A stretch of DNA of 64,000 nucleotides from the human T2T-CHM13v2.0 reference genome, Homo sapiens. Location: the NCBI RefSeq assembly GCF_009914755.1, contig NC_060940.1; one strand, 5' to 3'. Both the position numbers and the translations under genes were made by a program. The notes under the pieces are model-generated. The model saw only the letters and a list, made by a program, of their open reading frames with translations, ran no database searches and was not told the origin of the DNA. Positions 31,908 through 48,504 of the stretch are shown piece after piece. Positions within the stretch are counted from its first letter, which is position 1. Each line of letters starts with the position of its first letter.

Positions 31908-32454
31908 TGAGAGGTGAAGTCAGCTGGATTTCCTGGGTCAAGTGAGGACTTGGAGAACTTTTCTGTGTCTAGCTAAAGGATTGTAAATGCACCAATCAGC
32001 ACTCTGTCAAAACGCACCAATCAGCACTCTGTGTCTAGCTAAAAGATTGTAAATGCACCAATCAGCACTCTGTCAAAACGCACCAATCAGAACTCCTTGT
32101 ATAGCTAAAGGATTGTAAATGAACCAATCAGCAATCTGCAAAATGGACCAATCAGCACTCTATAAAATGGACCAATCAGCACTCTGTAAAATGGACCAAT
32201 CAGCAGGATGTGGGTGGGGTCAAATAAGGGAATAAAAGCTGGCCACCCCTCTAGCCAGCAGCAGCAACTAGCTTGGGTCCCCTTCCATGCTGTGGAGGCT
32301 TTGTTCTTTCGCTCTTCACGATAATCTTGCTGCTGCTCACTCTTTGGGTCTGTGCCACCTTTAAGAGCTGTAACACTCACCGTGAAGGTCTGTGGCTTCA
32401 TTCTTGAAGTCAGCGAGACCAAGAACCCACTGGAAGGAACCAACTTCAGACACA
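31908..32454 (+). mobile_element. ERV9 solo LTR (LTR12 family, LTR12F-like)
   Basis: TG...CA termini 'tgagaggtgaag' and 'cagacaca'; 4-bp TSD ctcg/ctca; tandem 'caccaatcagcactctg' repeats. Confidence 0.93.
31990..32240 (+). promoter_or_regulatory. LTR12 U3 enhancer/promoter: 8 CCAAT boxes, GT/GC box, AATAAAA TATA-like element
   Basis: Eight CCAATCAG motifs counted between 31990 and 32203, then 'tgggtgggg' and 'aataaaag'. Confidence 0.7.
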
Positions 32455-33084
32455 CTCATATCAAGTGCCTGAAACAGAGCCGTGGCAAGTTAAAAGTTTA
32501 AGCTTCTGCTTTAATCCCTGCCTGGAAGAGCTCATCCATGACCAGGTGGAACTGAGGTAGTGTCCTTAGTGTTATCATGGTACTTTCATTTTCGTGATGT
32601 ACTGTATCATTGTCATCAAGTAATACCATATTCTGTCCCCCTCCTTAATACTAAAACATAGGCTGGTGCTTTTAATCCAGTTATTAAGCCATTGTTAACA
32701 ACTAGACCTTTACACTCATTCATACGAGATTAAATGGTTTTATACAAAACAAAATTACATGTTTTCTTTATCATCATTTGTTAAATGTGTTCCATGTGGC
32801 CATAATTGAACTATGCTACATACGTTATCTCATTTAACCCCTAAAATAATTTACAGGGTGTCTTAATTCATTCAGGCTGTCATAACATAATACCATTTAC
32901 TGGGTGGCTTATAAATGACAGACATGTATTGCTCACAATTCTGGAGAATGGGAAGCTCAATATCAAGGTGTTGGCAGATTCGGTTTCTGGTAAGGGCTTG
33001 CTTGCTCCCTGGTTCATAGCTAGCACCTTCTGGATGTGTCCTTATAAGGTGGAAGGGGCTAGCTCACTCTATGGAGTCTCTCTC

Positions 33085-33755
<671 letters not shown>

Positions 33756-34656
33756 TGGAGTCTCTTTTATAAGGGGACAAATTCAACTCATGAGGGCAGA
33801 GCCCTCAAGATCTAATTTCCTCCTTAAGGCTCTACTTTCTAATACTATCACGTTGGGGATTTGGTTTTAGCATATGAACTTTGAGGAAAGGGCATGAAAT
33901 AAGTGTTATTATTGTCCCCATTTGATTGATGAGGAAGCTGAGGCTTATTTTAGTGAATAATCTGCCCCATGTTTTAGAGCAAACATACAAGATGCTGGAG
34001 TATGGACCATGCTTTCTGGTTGTGATGTTGATTTATAATTCTTTATACACTACCCTCTTCTAAAATCATGTGACTAAGTCTCAGTAACTTAAAATCATTA
34101 GGACATTTTCATGTCACATAACTTGCGATTGGTTTGCCATCATTCCAATGTACAATGATGAGGTTATTTGTTTCTTTATTTCCCATGAAATGCCTTTATC
34201 ACTGAGAAAAATTCTGTTCTTATTGGAGTCAGCAATAACAATTGTAAACACATCTTCTCATAAGTGTCTGTATATAATATGCTCCTGAATTGTTTTAATT
34301 TATAGTAAGACTGGAGGAATATTATGCACATCAGTCTTATAAATAATGTGACATAAATAACAGCTGCATTTAGTGCCAAAGCAATTATTTTCTTCCCAAG
34401 TAATCATTCATTTTTTAGTGGAAACTGAAAATTTGCATCCAACATTGTCTCCTTACATAATTAGGGTGAGTCTCCTTTACTCTCTTGCCTTGATGTTTAA
34501 TACACGAAAATAATTAGTTTTTCTTAGGGAAGTGTCAAGATCTACTGACACTTTTTATTTTTGCCTAGGGTAAGGAGCAAGATTATGTTTATGGTAACAG
34601 TGATATTAGTACCTATTTTGTATCATCATTGTGGGTTGCTTTAAAGAGTTGATATA

Positions 34657-34932
<276 letters not shown>

Positions 34933-37900
34933 TCAAGTGCCTGGTACTGTGGTTGGCTTATTCATGTATTGCCTCATCCTACAATTACTTGTAGAAAACA
35001 TTCTATATGCTGCACCCTGTGCTATATCTTAGGTACACAATGGGGAATATAACAAAATGGACAGACCTGAACCCTGAGTTCAAAAAGGTTTTGTTTTGGG
35101 TAAGATACAAACAATAAAAATGCAAATTTCAGTAACTTATATAAAATATAGAAACCTATGAAAGAGAATAGCTTAATGATCAGGGACTATGGGAGTTTCA
35201 CTTTCTAGTAGGGCTCTGAAGTAGTAGTCGTTCAGGCCAGTAAGGGCAAAGGTGTGATCCTGGAAGAGGCAAAAGACTGTGTGATTCTTTGGATGTGGAA
35301 ACTACTTGATGTTTTTGAGGAACTGAAAGAAAGCCGGTGTAGACTGAACTTAGTAAGCAAAAATGAATTTCAGGTCATGGGAAGGTCATAGAATTTGATG
35401 GAAAACAAAGAAATTTCACAGTTAAGGAACTTTGGGCCACCTGGCTATTAAGTAATCATTTGATCCCAGATTTCTGTGATTGCAAATTTCAGTTTGTTTA
35501 TTACAGTTCTTGGAATTGAACCATTCAATAAAATAATGATGATACTAAGAATGTTGATAATACAGCTACACTGATGGATGTAGTGCTTCTATGTGTCAAG
35601 CACTCTTCCAATCACGTTTCAGGCACTAAAAATCTTAATCCTCACAGAAAACCTATGAATTATTTTAATCTTTGCATGAAACTTAAGGTTATCCCCATTG
35701 TGCAAATGTATGTAAGTTAAATAACTTGTCCATATCATATAGCTTTTAAGGGATAAACTTGAATTTGAATTCAAGTTCAAACTCAAACTTGAATTTAAAC
35801 TCAAGGTTATATGGCTCTTTAGAGATTGGACAGTTAATCCTCCTCTTAATGCCAGCTTAAAGTTTTTTTTTTTTTTTTTGGAGCAATTTAAAAGTTACTA
35901 AGAAGTTGTAACATCAATACAATTTTTAAAAAACTGTTTGAGAGGAAGTGGTTAATGTGATTGTACTACAACCCCTGAAACTTCTGTGTGTAATACCTAC
36001 CACCAAGATTTTCTCTTATATTACCTCAACACAACCATCAAAATCAGAAAATTGAAATTAATGCCTTTTTTCTTACCCAAGACTATGTCTTCGCAGTAAA
36101 AGAATCCAGTTCAGAATCTCACATTGCATTTAGTTGCCATGTCTATTTAGTGTCTCTCAATCTGCAGAATTGTCAATGTTTGGCTTGACTTTCATGACCT
36201 TGCCACTTTTGAAGACATAGGTCAGTTATTTCATAGAATCTCCCTTAATTTGGGTTTATCTTATATTTTCTCATGATTAGATTCATGTTACACAGCATTT
36301 TGGGCAGGAATATGACAGAGACATTGCTGTGTTCGTCTCATTGCCTCTTAGCAGGTGATGTGCAATTTCAATTTGTCCCAATTTTGAGTATAATAACATT
36401 GATTACTTGATTAAGGTGATGTCTGCGAGGCTTCTTTGCAGTGCCTGAGCTCCAACATCCTGCACTGGGCTTCCGCTGTCACCCACAACCTCCCTACACA
36501 AACTCTTTCTCCTTGACTTCCTGTGACAAGCCATTGCTGCCACTCTGTCTCTTTTCCCCAAATGCTTGTGCCCTACTCCCCTCCTTGTGGGTACCCCATA
36601 CTCCCCCATCAGGTTCTGGCCTTCCTATGTAGTTGCCTACTTGAGTCTCATCTAATGGCTGTTGAAAGAATTACAAAGGAAGGAGAAAAGAAAAGAAGGG
36701 AAAAAGAAAGGGAAGTATAGACAGAGAAAGAAAGAAAATAAGGAAGGAAGGTCAAAGGATAACTTTTAATTTAAACCAAAGACATAGAGAAAAAATACTG
36801 AAATCAATTGTTTTCATCTGGGAAAAAGGCTCAGAGTGATGCTAGCTGAAATAATGTTGAACACATTGTTCTTTCTCATTGCACTCTACAGAAATGATTG
36901 CCTTTGCCCAAGACACCACCGACAAAAACAACAGCAAAAAGCATTGCAATTTGAACTTATTTTTTTTCAATAAAATATGATTAGAGTATTCTCAGAGTAT
37001 AGTCAAAGCATACCCATTATTAGCAAAAGGGCCAACTATATACGCAAATACATTGTGGCTTCTCTGGTGCTAAGATCCCTGGGTCTGTCTCTTTTTATCT
37101 GCTATTCAGCTGTTTAATCACTGCTCTCAGGAACTTAGGTGTTTTTCTGGTGGGAAGAGGCTGTCATTAATCATTATTTATCCAGGTTATTTTTTCAATT
37201 TATTCTGGGCAATATAAATGTAAAACTGGACAACACAAGTCTGCTCTTTCTCACTTTTATACCATGATGCTTTTAACATCTGTCCTTTCCATGAAGGCAA
37301 CCTAACATAATAGTTACAAGAACTAGTATGGGGTCAAATTCAAGATCGGCTACTTATGACTTGAATTTGGCCATGTGATTTAACTTACTTAAGCTTCACG
37401 CCATTTATTTCTAAAATGAGTCTAACTCTATAATAGCAATTATTGTTGGGAGAACTGCCAACAATATGCCCCGGATAAAGTGCTTAGCACGGGTCATGGA
37501 CCACAAAGTACAGACTTAAATGCATCAAATGTGCCTCCCATACTTGGAAATCCTTTCCTTTTGAGAACCGCTCTCCTTTGTACTCAGTAGTACTTTATTT
37601 ATTTCTCTTTCATAACACAAGTTGTTTCTTATTTGTGATTATATAGAGGTCATCTCCACTTGGCTGAGTTCTGCTTGTGGTCAGGAATCATTACTCATCC
37701 CTATATCCTCACCACTTAACAAAGTTATTTGTAACATAAAAAGTGGCCAATGTGTTTGTGGATTGAAGGATGGAAAATGGGAGAATTGTGAGTTGATTAG
37801 ATGAATGGATAAAAGTGTGAAAGAATGAATGGATGAAATTATAAGTACAACAAATAATAAAAATTGTAACAAAGCCTGGAATAAAGGATTCAATGTTTAT

Positions 37901-38169
37901 GGAACATCAATTAACTGGCTATTTCACGTACATTATCATGTTAATACATCATCATGTTATTATGTTATAGAAGAGAAATGTAAGGTGTAGGAAAGTAAAA
38001 ACAAAAACTTAGCTCACACTTCTGTCTCTATGCATTAAGTCTGAAATTCAAGTCCAACTCTGTCTGAATTTAAGGTTCTCATTTTTTTCCCACAGCTCCA
38101 TGCTAGTGATATACGGATACTGAGTTAGAAAGTACACGGGAGTATTATCTTCCCAATCTCTTAGTATTA

Positions 38170-38469
38170 GGCCGGGCACGGTGGCTCATGCCTGTAATCC
38201 CAGCACTTTGGGAGGCCCAGATAGGTGGATCATCTGAGGTAAGGGGTTCGAGACTAGCCTGTCCAACATGGTGAAACCCCATCTCTACTAAAAATACAAA
38301 AAAATTAGCCAGGCGTGGTGGTGGGCACTTGTAATTCCAGCTACTCGAGAATCTGAGGCAGGAGAATCACTTGAACCTGGGAGGTGGCCGTTTCAGTGAG
38401 CCGAGATTGCGCCACACCACTCCAACCTGGGTGAGAGTGAGACTTTATCTCCAAAAAAAAAAAAAAAAA
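38170..38469 (+). mobile_element. AluSx-like
   Basis: Full-length Alu with poly(A). Confidence 0.92.
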
Positions 38470-40458
38470 GTGAATTTGAAAGAATTATCCTCTTTGCACA
38501 ACAGCCAGAAGATGAAATACTTCTCAACCTGGGTATGCACAGTGACTATATATTTTTAAAAATAGAGTTTCAAACAAACTTAACTGTTTAAATATTTACA
38601 AATTTTTCTGGAGCAAATGATGTCACCTCAAATATCACTTCCTGTCGTTGCAGCATGAAACCAAAGGAACCCAAGACTCCAGCCTTCACTGTGGGCTGAA
38701 GCACAACATTTACTTGATATTAAACAAAAAAATTCGGGTGGAATAGAAACAGGTAAGAAATAGAGGAAATGTCAGGTGATTTTAGCCAAATTAAAAGATT
38801 TCAACTAAATACGGAAAACCTTTTTAGTGAGAATAGGATTCTTTAAATTAACTCAACATCTTCATTGTTGAATATATTCTTTTCCACCAAACATGTTTTT
38901 GCTATGTTAGATGATGATTAATCAGGGATTCCAGAGAGGAGACTTATTAATAGAGCATATAATTGAGCTATTTCGATTTATCAGGTGGGCATTCTAATTT
39001 TTAAAAATTTTTTCAACAAATGCCAAATAATACTGTGTATAAATATTAGAGATGGAAGAGTCAAGATATATATAGAGAGATCTATATCTCCATATACTTA
39101 TCCTGTCCTACGTTTACTTCAAATACACAGAAATATCCAAGTTTAAAAGGATAGTCTCTGCATAGGTATTGTGGCGTGTCTTTTCCCTTCAAAAGGGTGT
39201 TCTATTTTCTCTTTCACTAATGGATTTACAGGTCTAAAAACAATAGTCCATATGGTCAGAAGCCATAATTTAAAAATGCCTCAATGATTTCATTACAAAG
39301 ACATTCTTTAATAAACTCCAAACTTCCTTGCTTGGAATTTTACCAAAATGATTTGACAAGTATTCTTCCTGCTTTGATATGGCAGATAGTGAACTTCATC
39401 TATGTAATGCAAGATTGAAATATTTGAAATGAAAAGTTTGCTGAGCATTTCCAAATACAATCAAGCCTGTGGTGTTCTCTAGAGGAGATGTATTATTTTT
39501 AATGCTCTATTTCTGTATTAAATTGAATATTGTAAAAGATGGAGAACCTATAAAGATTTCTGAAGGATAACTCAGAGATTGTGTAGACAAAAAATTTATA
39601 CAGATCACCACTAAAACATTATATATAATTTCTTGCAAAAGTTCATGCTTTTGAATAGGACGATCTAAACTAAAATGTGAACAAAGTGGAGCTTACAATA
39701 GAGGAGTGGTTATGAAATGCTTAAAAGGGAAAAAATATATTTTTTTCCCATTCATTGTGAATGTTTTTAGGATATGACTCTACTCTAGTATTCTAGAATG
39801 TAGTTTTAGGTATTTGGGAGCAAAAGCCAGTGATATAGCTTTCGTGCCTTTTGGTATCTCCTAGTCTGTGGAGATGAAGCATCTAGAAAAATAAGTAAAT
39901 AATTGCAGAAATGTGAGGCATATTGGCATAGCAGCGTGAAAGAGATGCCAGGAGAGGACTGAGCAGATAGCTGTTTATGGGCTGAAGGAGTCAGTGATGA
40001 TTCTCTAAAATGACTGGCATTTTATTTTGTTCGTGAAAGATGAGTGGAAATTGAGTGGGAATTGGCCAGATGGATACAGTGAGGCATATTCTGAAACAAG
40101 AAAGCACAAGAAAACACACAAATGTGCACTTGGGACTACAAATTGTTCCTTATGGCTCTAATGGTTCTGTGGGACTCAAAGGCTGAGATACCAAGGCTCA
40201 TGTTGCGGCATGACGGTTGATGCTGGGTTGAGATCAAACCCTAAGCCATGAACGGGAATGCACAGAAGCACATCTTATTTCTTATTTGCTGTCATTTTGA
40301 AGCCTCTTCAAATTACAGACACACACACACACACACACACACAAATATATATATATATATACACGTATAAGTTTAAATATAAATTTATATAAATATAGAT
40401 TTTATATACTGTATATTTAGAAATAATTTCCAAATATCAGTGTATATATATTCACATG

Positions 40459-41198
<740 letters not shown>

Positions 41199-41265
41199 CC
41201 CTGCTTTTAAAAATATTTTCTGATAATATTCACATTTGGTTCCTCTTGACCGATATTCTTTTTCC

Positions 41266-41621
41266 TTTTCTTCTTGTTTTTTTTTTTTAGATGGAGTTTC
41301 TCTCTTGTTGCCCAGGCTGGAATGCAATGGTGCGATCTAAGCTACTGCAACTGCGGCCTCCCGGGTTCAAGCGAGTGTGATGGTGCGATCTCAGCTACCG
41401 CAACTGCCGCCTCCCGTGTTCAAGTGATTCTCCTGCCTCAGCCTCCCGAGTAGCTGGGATTACAGGTATGCACCACCGCATCTGGCTAATTTTGTATTTT
41501 CAGTAGAGACAGGGTTTCTCCATGTTGGTCAGACTGGTCTCAAACTCCCAACTTGAGGTGATCTGCCCGCCTTGGCCTCCCAAAGTTTTGGGATTATAGG
41601 CGTGAGTCACCGCGCCTGGCC
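41266..41621 (-). mobile_element. AluSp/Sq-like element with internal 53-bp duplication
   Basis: 'tggtgcgatct..gctac.gcaactgc.gcctccc..gttcaag' repeated at 41328 and 41381. Confidence 0.9.
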
Positions 41622-44600
41622 TATTCTTTTTTATTTTGTTTTGCACAGCACTGAAAATGTGGATGAATGATAAAAGATTTTCTTGTACCCTTCCTTATTA
41701 TTTTTAGTCCTGATAAGGAGTGACCCTAACAGGATTAGGAAATTCAAGACACCCCTGTTTATGACCTGATTAGGAGCATAGTTCAGTCTTCAGTATTTTC
41801 AACTCCATGTCATACCGTAATAATTAAGGTCACTTGCGTTCCGATGATTATCAACCCCAAGAAGACCTCCCTGAGAACCTAAGGTACCATTTAACTTGTG
41901 GGAGGAGTGTGCTCATCGGAGTGTTTCTCTTGGCCCATTTCCCAGCCCACGTGGCCTTTCCCAGGAACAGCATCCCTGATGTGCTCTGTAGGCAATTTCT
42001 GAAATGCCTATGAATATGTGCATTTTGTCAAAGAGCCTAAATAAGTAAAAATAGCTTTGTATAGCAAAAAACATGCATTGTCTCAATCCTTTTATTTATT
42101 GGATGAGAATGAGCACATCAAACACCACTTAACTCTCTAAAACACTGGCTCAATTGCAATTACCGTTCCTCTTTTTTTATCTAGGTTGTATTTTGTGCCA
42201 CTCATATTCTGTATTTGAAAGATATCTTTAGTTTCCCTAAGCAGGTTATTAGGTTTTCAATGATGAGATAAGGCAGTTTGGATTTTTAAAAAGCAAAGAG
42301 CCTCTTCAGGAAAGACTCTCTCATCCCTTTCCTATGAAGGTAACCATTTGTTGGAAACAGTAAGCCAGGTGCATCAACAACAACACCATTATCACGGCAG
42401 CATAACTAAACCTTAGAGAATTTGTTCAGAAAAGCTTCCGAAATGTAGATCGTTTAGAGCCAATAATTTAAACCTCTGACACACTGTCTCACTGGCCTCA
42501 ACATGCAGGGTCATCTGATTACACCGACTCATAAATGACCAAATTAATCTCAATCTCTTTAAAAGTTATTATGCCTGCAGAACTCAAGAATACATGGTTA
42601 GTTTAGTGTCACTTTTGGAAGGTTCTATTTCTCTGGTAGTAACTGATAAAGAAGGAGTTTTCTCAAAGTCAATCACTCAAAATAAAGAACTTAAATCCAT
42701 GTTAACATACCTCTGGGAAGCAGATCTACATTAACCTAGTCTATGACTTCTCTGACAATAGTAAGGTTTAAGAGAGTGCTCAGCCACTGGTGATTTCTGC
42801 AAGTGATACAATGAGGGGACAGAGACAATGAGGCAAGAATAAAATGGGACCTGGGATTAAGGGATCTTCCACTCAGCCATGTGCAGAAAGTTGAAAATTA
42901 ATGCAGCATTGTTTAGCAAGCAGCTGTCAAGTTATTGTAATTTGCAAAATGTTTTTTTTTAAGTCTTCTCCTTCACTGAAGGCATATTAGAAATGGCTTC
43001 ATTTCTGAAGAATGACAAAATTAATCCTATTTTGAGTTTCATTTGAAGAAAATGACACTTTAAGCTTGTTTTGCATTTGTCAAATAAGCCAATGAGTTCA
43101 ACATTTACTGAGTACCTCTGAATAGAAGACACAGTATTAGATATTAGAGTTCTAAAGATGAATTAAGAACAATAACTTTCATCAAGATATGTAATATTTG
43201 TTGGAAGTTACAAACAGAGCAGAACACTGTAATTCTCTGTGCCTGTAAATATAAGAGTTGAGATAAGCAAAGGGTGGTAGGGGAGGATGTAGGTGAATCT
43301 AATGGGTGGCCTCAAAGTTATAGGGCAAAGGCCTGAGGACAGAGGTAAGACAAACCCAGAGGAACTGGCATGGTGCTAAGAGACGGGTCTTTTGAGATTA
43401 GCCTGGAGAGATGGGTCTTTCAGGGCCTTTATTTAAAGTATTCAGTGGCAGTCCATGTCTGTATAGAAACATCTCACTGTATTGTAATAATACAGTAATG
43501 TATATTAAGTACAACTTAATTACATGTGCATGAGCGAGAGTACTGTGTTTTCATCTTCCAGCATTTAGCAGTGTGTAATATCTTGCATTCTGAAATTAAA
43601 TATTTGAATAAATGAACCAAAAAACCACAAAATAGTCATGCCTAAATAAAGCTTAACAGAACAGTATTAGGACCACAATTTCCAAGCTCAAAAGGAGCAT
43701 GAGCTCAGGGCTATTATCATTATACAAAATAGCAATCCAGAAGTTAGGACAATAACAACCAGTTCAGGGAATAGGAATCTAAGATGTGCAAGGAGAAACT
43801 GTCTAGGATATTGTCCATAAACAGTGTTGGAATGCCTAAAAATAAGTCATAAGTGGTGATTTGTGATGGTGTACAGGCAGTTGGTAAGCTTAACAGTGTA
43901 GAAGTTGCTCAGATGGGATGAAAAACAAAAAAAAGAAAAGAAAAGAAAGGAAAGAAAAGAAAAAAAATAAAGAAAAAATGACCTTCATCCTGTGGCACCT
44001 ACTTTCATGCCAAGGCATGTCTGAATCACAATCACTTTAAATTTCCACGAGCCCTTCCCTATATTGCTCTGCTGATAAAAAACCTTCCAATAATAAAAAC
44101 TGCACTGCACCCCCAGATAGAAATGCCATGAAGTTTATTTTGATAAATTGAACTCATTCCACCTCTTGGGGGTCTGCTATGGACAGAGCATACATCAGAT
44201 GATTACCTGAGTTTCTGCTCATTGGAGACTTCCCATTCTGCAGTTGGTCAGAGGCTGATCAGCTGCTGCAGTTTCACTTTGATTTATTATATTTTATTTT
44301 TTCTACAGCCAAAGAACACAGCATTCAAGCAAAAGTGTCATCACCTGATAATAAATATGCTTATGCCATCTAAGCCACTCACTCAGCAGAAGGATATTTG
44401 CAGAAAAGAAGATTCTTTAGAAAAAGTTTATCTCATTCTTATAGATTTTCAAGATTGGCGGTTCCCATTCGGCTATGTGTTTGGCTTCTAATTTTGTTGT
44501 CTTTGGTGAAGAAAATTGCCGAGGGAAAGAGGAGAATTTAAGTATACCTATTCTCAGACATTAGAGCAGTAACATAGATAATGGATCAACCAGTTTTTAG

Positions 44601-45059
44601 ATGACTTTAGGTAAATCTCTCAACTTCTCTGGGCTTCACTTTGTCTATAAAAATTTTTACATCATTCACTCAGGCATTCATTCATTCAATAAATATAGGT
44701 GGAGAGTATAGTATGTGCCAATTTCGATATTGGGAACTCAGTGATTAAAAAATAAATCAGTCATTAAGCTTAATATGCTTTATGTTTACTCTAAAACTTC
44801 ACATACCATACGCTTATATAGTAGGTACTTTAATCTGGTCAGAAAGATGCCCATGAAAAAAATGACACTTGCACTGAGATTTAATGTTTAAAGACATGTT
44901 AACTAGGTAACGGAAAGAAGAGTAGAGGTTTTGAGGCGAGAAAATAGCATTTGCAAAGGCCCTGTGGTTGAGAAAGGTTGGGGAAGTTCAAAAAATATCC
45001 AGTTGAATTTAACACAGAGAGCAGCAAAAATAAATAAAAAATAAATAAAGCAACTGTAT

Positions 45060-45228
45060 CAGTGCTTCTCATTGTTTCATGTGCATGTGAAATACCTGGG
45101 AATTTTCTTTAAAATGCACAATCTGGTTCAGTAGGTTTGGAGAGGAACCTAAGATTTTTCTTTTCCAAAAGACACCTCCCAAGGAATGTCAGTGTTTCTG
45201 GTCCACAGCCACATTTTGAGAAGCAGAG
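45060..45228. mobile_element. MER5A-like hAT MITE
   Basis: 'cagtgcttctca...' through 'ccacattttgagaagca'. Confidence 0.65.
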
Positions 45229-47610
45229 TCCTAGATGGAGTTTACTTTCTGTCACTGTCACCAAAAAGGAGGACTTTCATTTTTTTTCTTTCAATATTAT
45301 CTAGGAATGGGTAGAGATGATACATCAGGCATACTAAAGCAACTTTATCATTTTCTTGGTTTACCCTCCTTTTTCTCCTCTCACTCTTTTTCAGTTTTTA
45401 CTGCTAAGCTCTCTCCAAAGAAAATATAGAGAAAGAAGTATTTTGCTCTATACAGTTAGCCAATTTCTACCCAAAGAGAATGGGGCATGAATGTCCTGGG
45501 TAGAATCTCATGCCAATAATTTGAACCAGTCTCTGTCAGTAGGGAGTGAGTTATTAAACCGTCTCAGGTCATAAGGCTGTCCTTGTAAGGAGTGACCTGA
45601 TTTACCTGAATATGTGATTATAAAGATACCAACACTGGAGGAGGAATAATTGTGAGCTTATCAGTGACCCCAATGTGTGTTTCCCAATACTGTCACAACA
45701 ATAGAATAAATATGAAGCTATAGTTCAGGATTTATGAATGTTTAAGCAAAGTACAGAAAAGATGCCGTTCAACCTTTAAATAATTCTATTTATTTATGCA
45801 CTAACACAAGTAAGACATAATTATTTAGAAAGGGAAGAAAGTGACACATTAACTGCTACTACTACGAACTCTTCAAAGTGTATGCTGGAACTTAATGAAT
45901 AGAAGTCTACTTTGAGTCACTCTAATTCTACAGACAATTCCTGTGTATGTTCAGAATAGAGTCAGTAAAGGTCAAAAGCATCACATGTGATCCAGGACCT
46001 CACCACAAGGTCCTCTGGCATGTGGAGAATTATAATGAGACCATGAATTCTTTCTTTATTTAGCAGGTCCCTTTTAGTGGAAAGAAAGCCTCAGTTGAAA
46101 AGGAAGAAGCCAATGTAAAAATGTGAAATCAAAGCTCTTCTGATATGGTTGAAAACAAGTAACACACTATAAAAAGCTGCAAGCTTGAGTTATACACATG
46201 TGACCTTGGAAATACCATTGGCTCATCTACTATTCATGGTAAGTACATACCATAATATGCCTTTGACTTCAAGAAGCTTACATTCTACTGAGGAGGACAA
46301 TAATGGTTACAAGCAATTCCCATAATAAAAGAAGCTTCAATGGTAGAAGAAATTGTAATAAGGAGAAATATCTTTGGGAGACAAAGAACCAAAACTTGCC
46401 TTTGTGGATTTCAGACATTACAGCTGAGGCCTGAAGAATCAGGGAAAGATTTTTAGGTGGCAAGGAACTTGACAGAGCAAACAGCCATTTACCATTTCCT
46501 CACATGCTTCCTGAGACTGTATCAGCAGGAAGAATGACAGGTGGAAACAGGGTATGGGTATTTGTGTGTGAGTTGGGAGAGGAGACAGCATTGGGGGTAA
46601 ATTACCATGAAAGGAGATTAACCTGGATAGGTAGGAGGAAGATAGCACAAATATAGTTTCTTGGAAATTCAACTGGACTTTCAACTGGAAATTCAATTGG
46701 CATGAAAATACATCTCTTTTCTCTTTTAATGGCCAGGATAAACTCGAAAGGTAAAAGAAGTGTCTGGAAGATTGTTAGACATCTATTAATGTTGGTAAAC
46801 AGGAGCCCTATTAATACTAAAATGTAGAGTAGTGCATGTGTGTATATGTCTGTGTGTACCATGTGTAAACAGAGGTTTGCAAAATTCCTGTAAGTATGAA
46901 AGATGGAAAGGAATACCCTTACTTCTAGCTTTTCTACATAAAGTTAAGGATGGACAACCAAAAAGTATTCTAGAAGGATTTTTCATCTCTAAGGGTTAGT
47001 TGGAAAACATTATTTATTTTATTAACCGAACATTTTTAACTTTGTTTAGAGCTTCAAATGCCAGGCATTTTTGATAAATGTCTTATATTAAAGATTCTCT
47101 TTGATTCTGTATACTTCCAGATCAATGTGGTCTCATGGCAACCCCATTAAGGAGTTAATTATTGTCCCAAGGTTACAAATGAGGAATTGTGTGTACATGT
47201 AGTTTGCTGGTTAGAGAATTGGACAGGATTTACAATACCGAGTAGCAGAAACTGTGACACATGTGATTGTAGTAACAGCCTTCTAAAACCTAGATCTAAT
47301 TCTACTGTCACATGCTTTACAAGGCAGGGTGAGAAGGAAGAACGGAGAAGATGGCAATTACCTCTTTGCTTTACTTTTAATCCATCCTCATTAGAGGACT
47401 GTTAATGATTCACATATTCTTGTTTAATACTATATAGTAACTTTGACATATATCTATTAAAATTGTATTCTTCTAGTGAATGCTGCATCTATCTGGAAAA
47501 CAAAACACAATAAAATAAAACACACACAGAAAAATAAGGTCATAAGCCAATTTAAATGGCAAATATAGAAGAACACACAGGAAGAGGACAGACAGATGGG
47601 AGAGAGGTGT

Positions 47611-47790
47611 CGTGTTAATTCGTTCTCAAACTGCTATAAAGAACTACCTAAGACTACAAAGAAAAGAGGTTTAATTGACTCACAGTTCTGCAGGCTGCAC
47701 AGTAAGCATGGATGGGGATAATTCAGGAAACTTACAATTGTGGCAGAAGGTGAAGGGGAAGCAAGCACATCTTTACCATGCCGGAACGGG

Positions 47791-47834
<44 letters not shown>

Positions 47835-48008
47835 GTACCAAACACATTTAAATGAACAGATCTTGTGAGAACTCACTCACTATCACAAGAACAGCAAGGG
47901 GGAACCCACCCCCATGATCCAATCACCTCCCACCAGATGCCTCCTCCAACATTGGAAATTACAATTCAACATGAGATTCGGTTGGGGACACAGAGCCAAA
48001 CCATATCA
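47611..48008 (-). mobile_element. MSTA-like MaLR solo LTR with internal (GA)n
   Basis: 'ctgctataaagaactacct' through 'ggggacacagagccaaaccatatca'; 5-bp TSD ggtgt/ggtat. Confidence 0.88.
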
Positions 48009-48504
48009 GGTATTTTATAGTTTCTCAAGACTTGTGTTTGTCTTTTGATTTAGGGGAAAAAGTAATCCATAGAGGGAGAGGCAAAGACAAGGGATTTGGG
48101 GGCATATCTTGCTTTCCATGAAGTTATTAGTATCTTCATTGAACTTGCAAGACATATCAAGCTGCTTCCACAATTCTGCAATACATTTACAATGTATTAA
48201 GAAAATGAAAAAATGCTTCTATATTCAGCGATGTTAATATGATGCATGCTTTACACGGACTGGGGCATTCAGACAGGACCTGGCACATAGTCAGTGTTCA
48301 GGAAACGATTAAATGTTTAACTAAAGTGACTTAATTATCAGAAAGGAAAGCATAATAGCTTTTTTTGGTATAGGCAATGATTTTATAATTGCTTTTTTTT
48401 TTCTTTTTGTATTTCTCTCTTTTGCTAGAAGCATCTCATCTAGCTTTTCTCCTTTAATTTCAAGCAATTCTGTTCAATTCCAAAAGCATGTGACAGAAGA
48501 GATA

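Noticed and set aside
32105-32455. 116-aa ORF with LIGPF repeats
   Set aside because: Antisense translation of the LTR12 CCAAT repeats.
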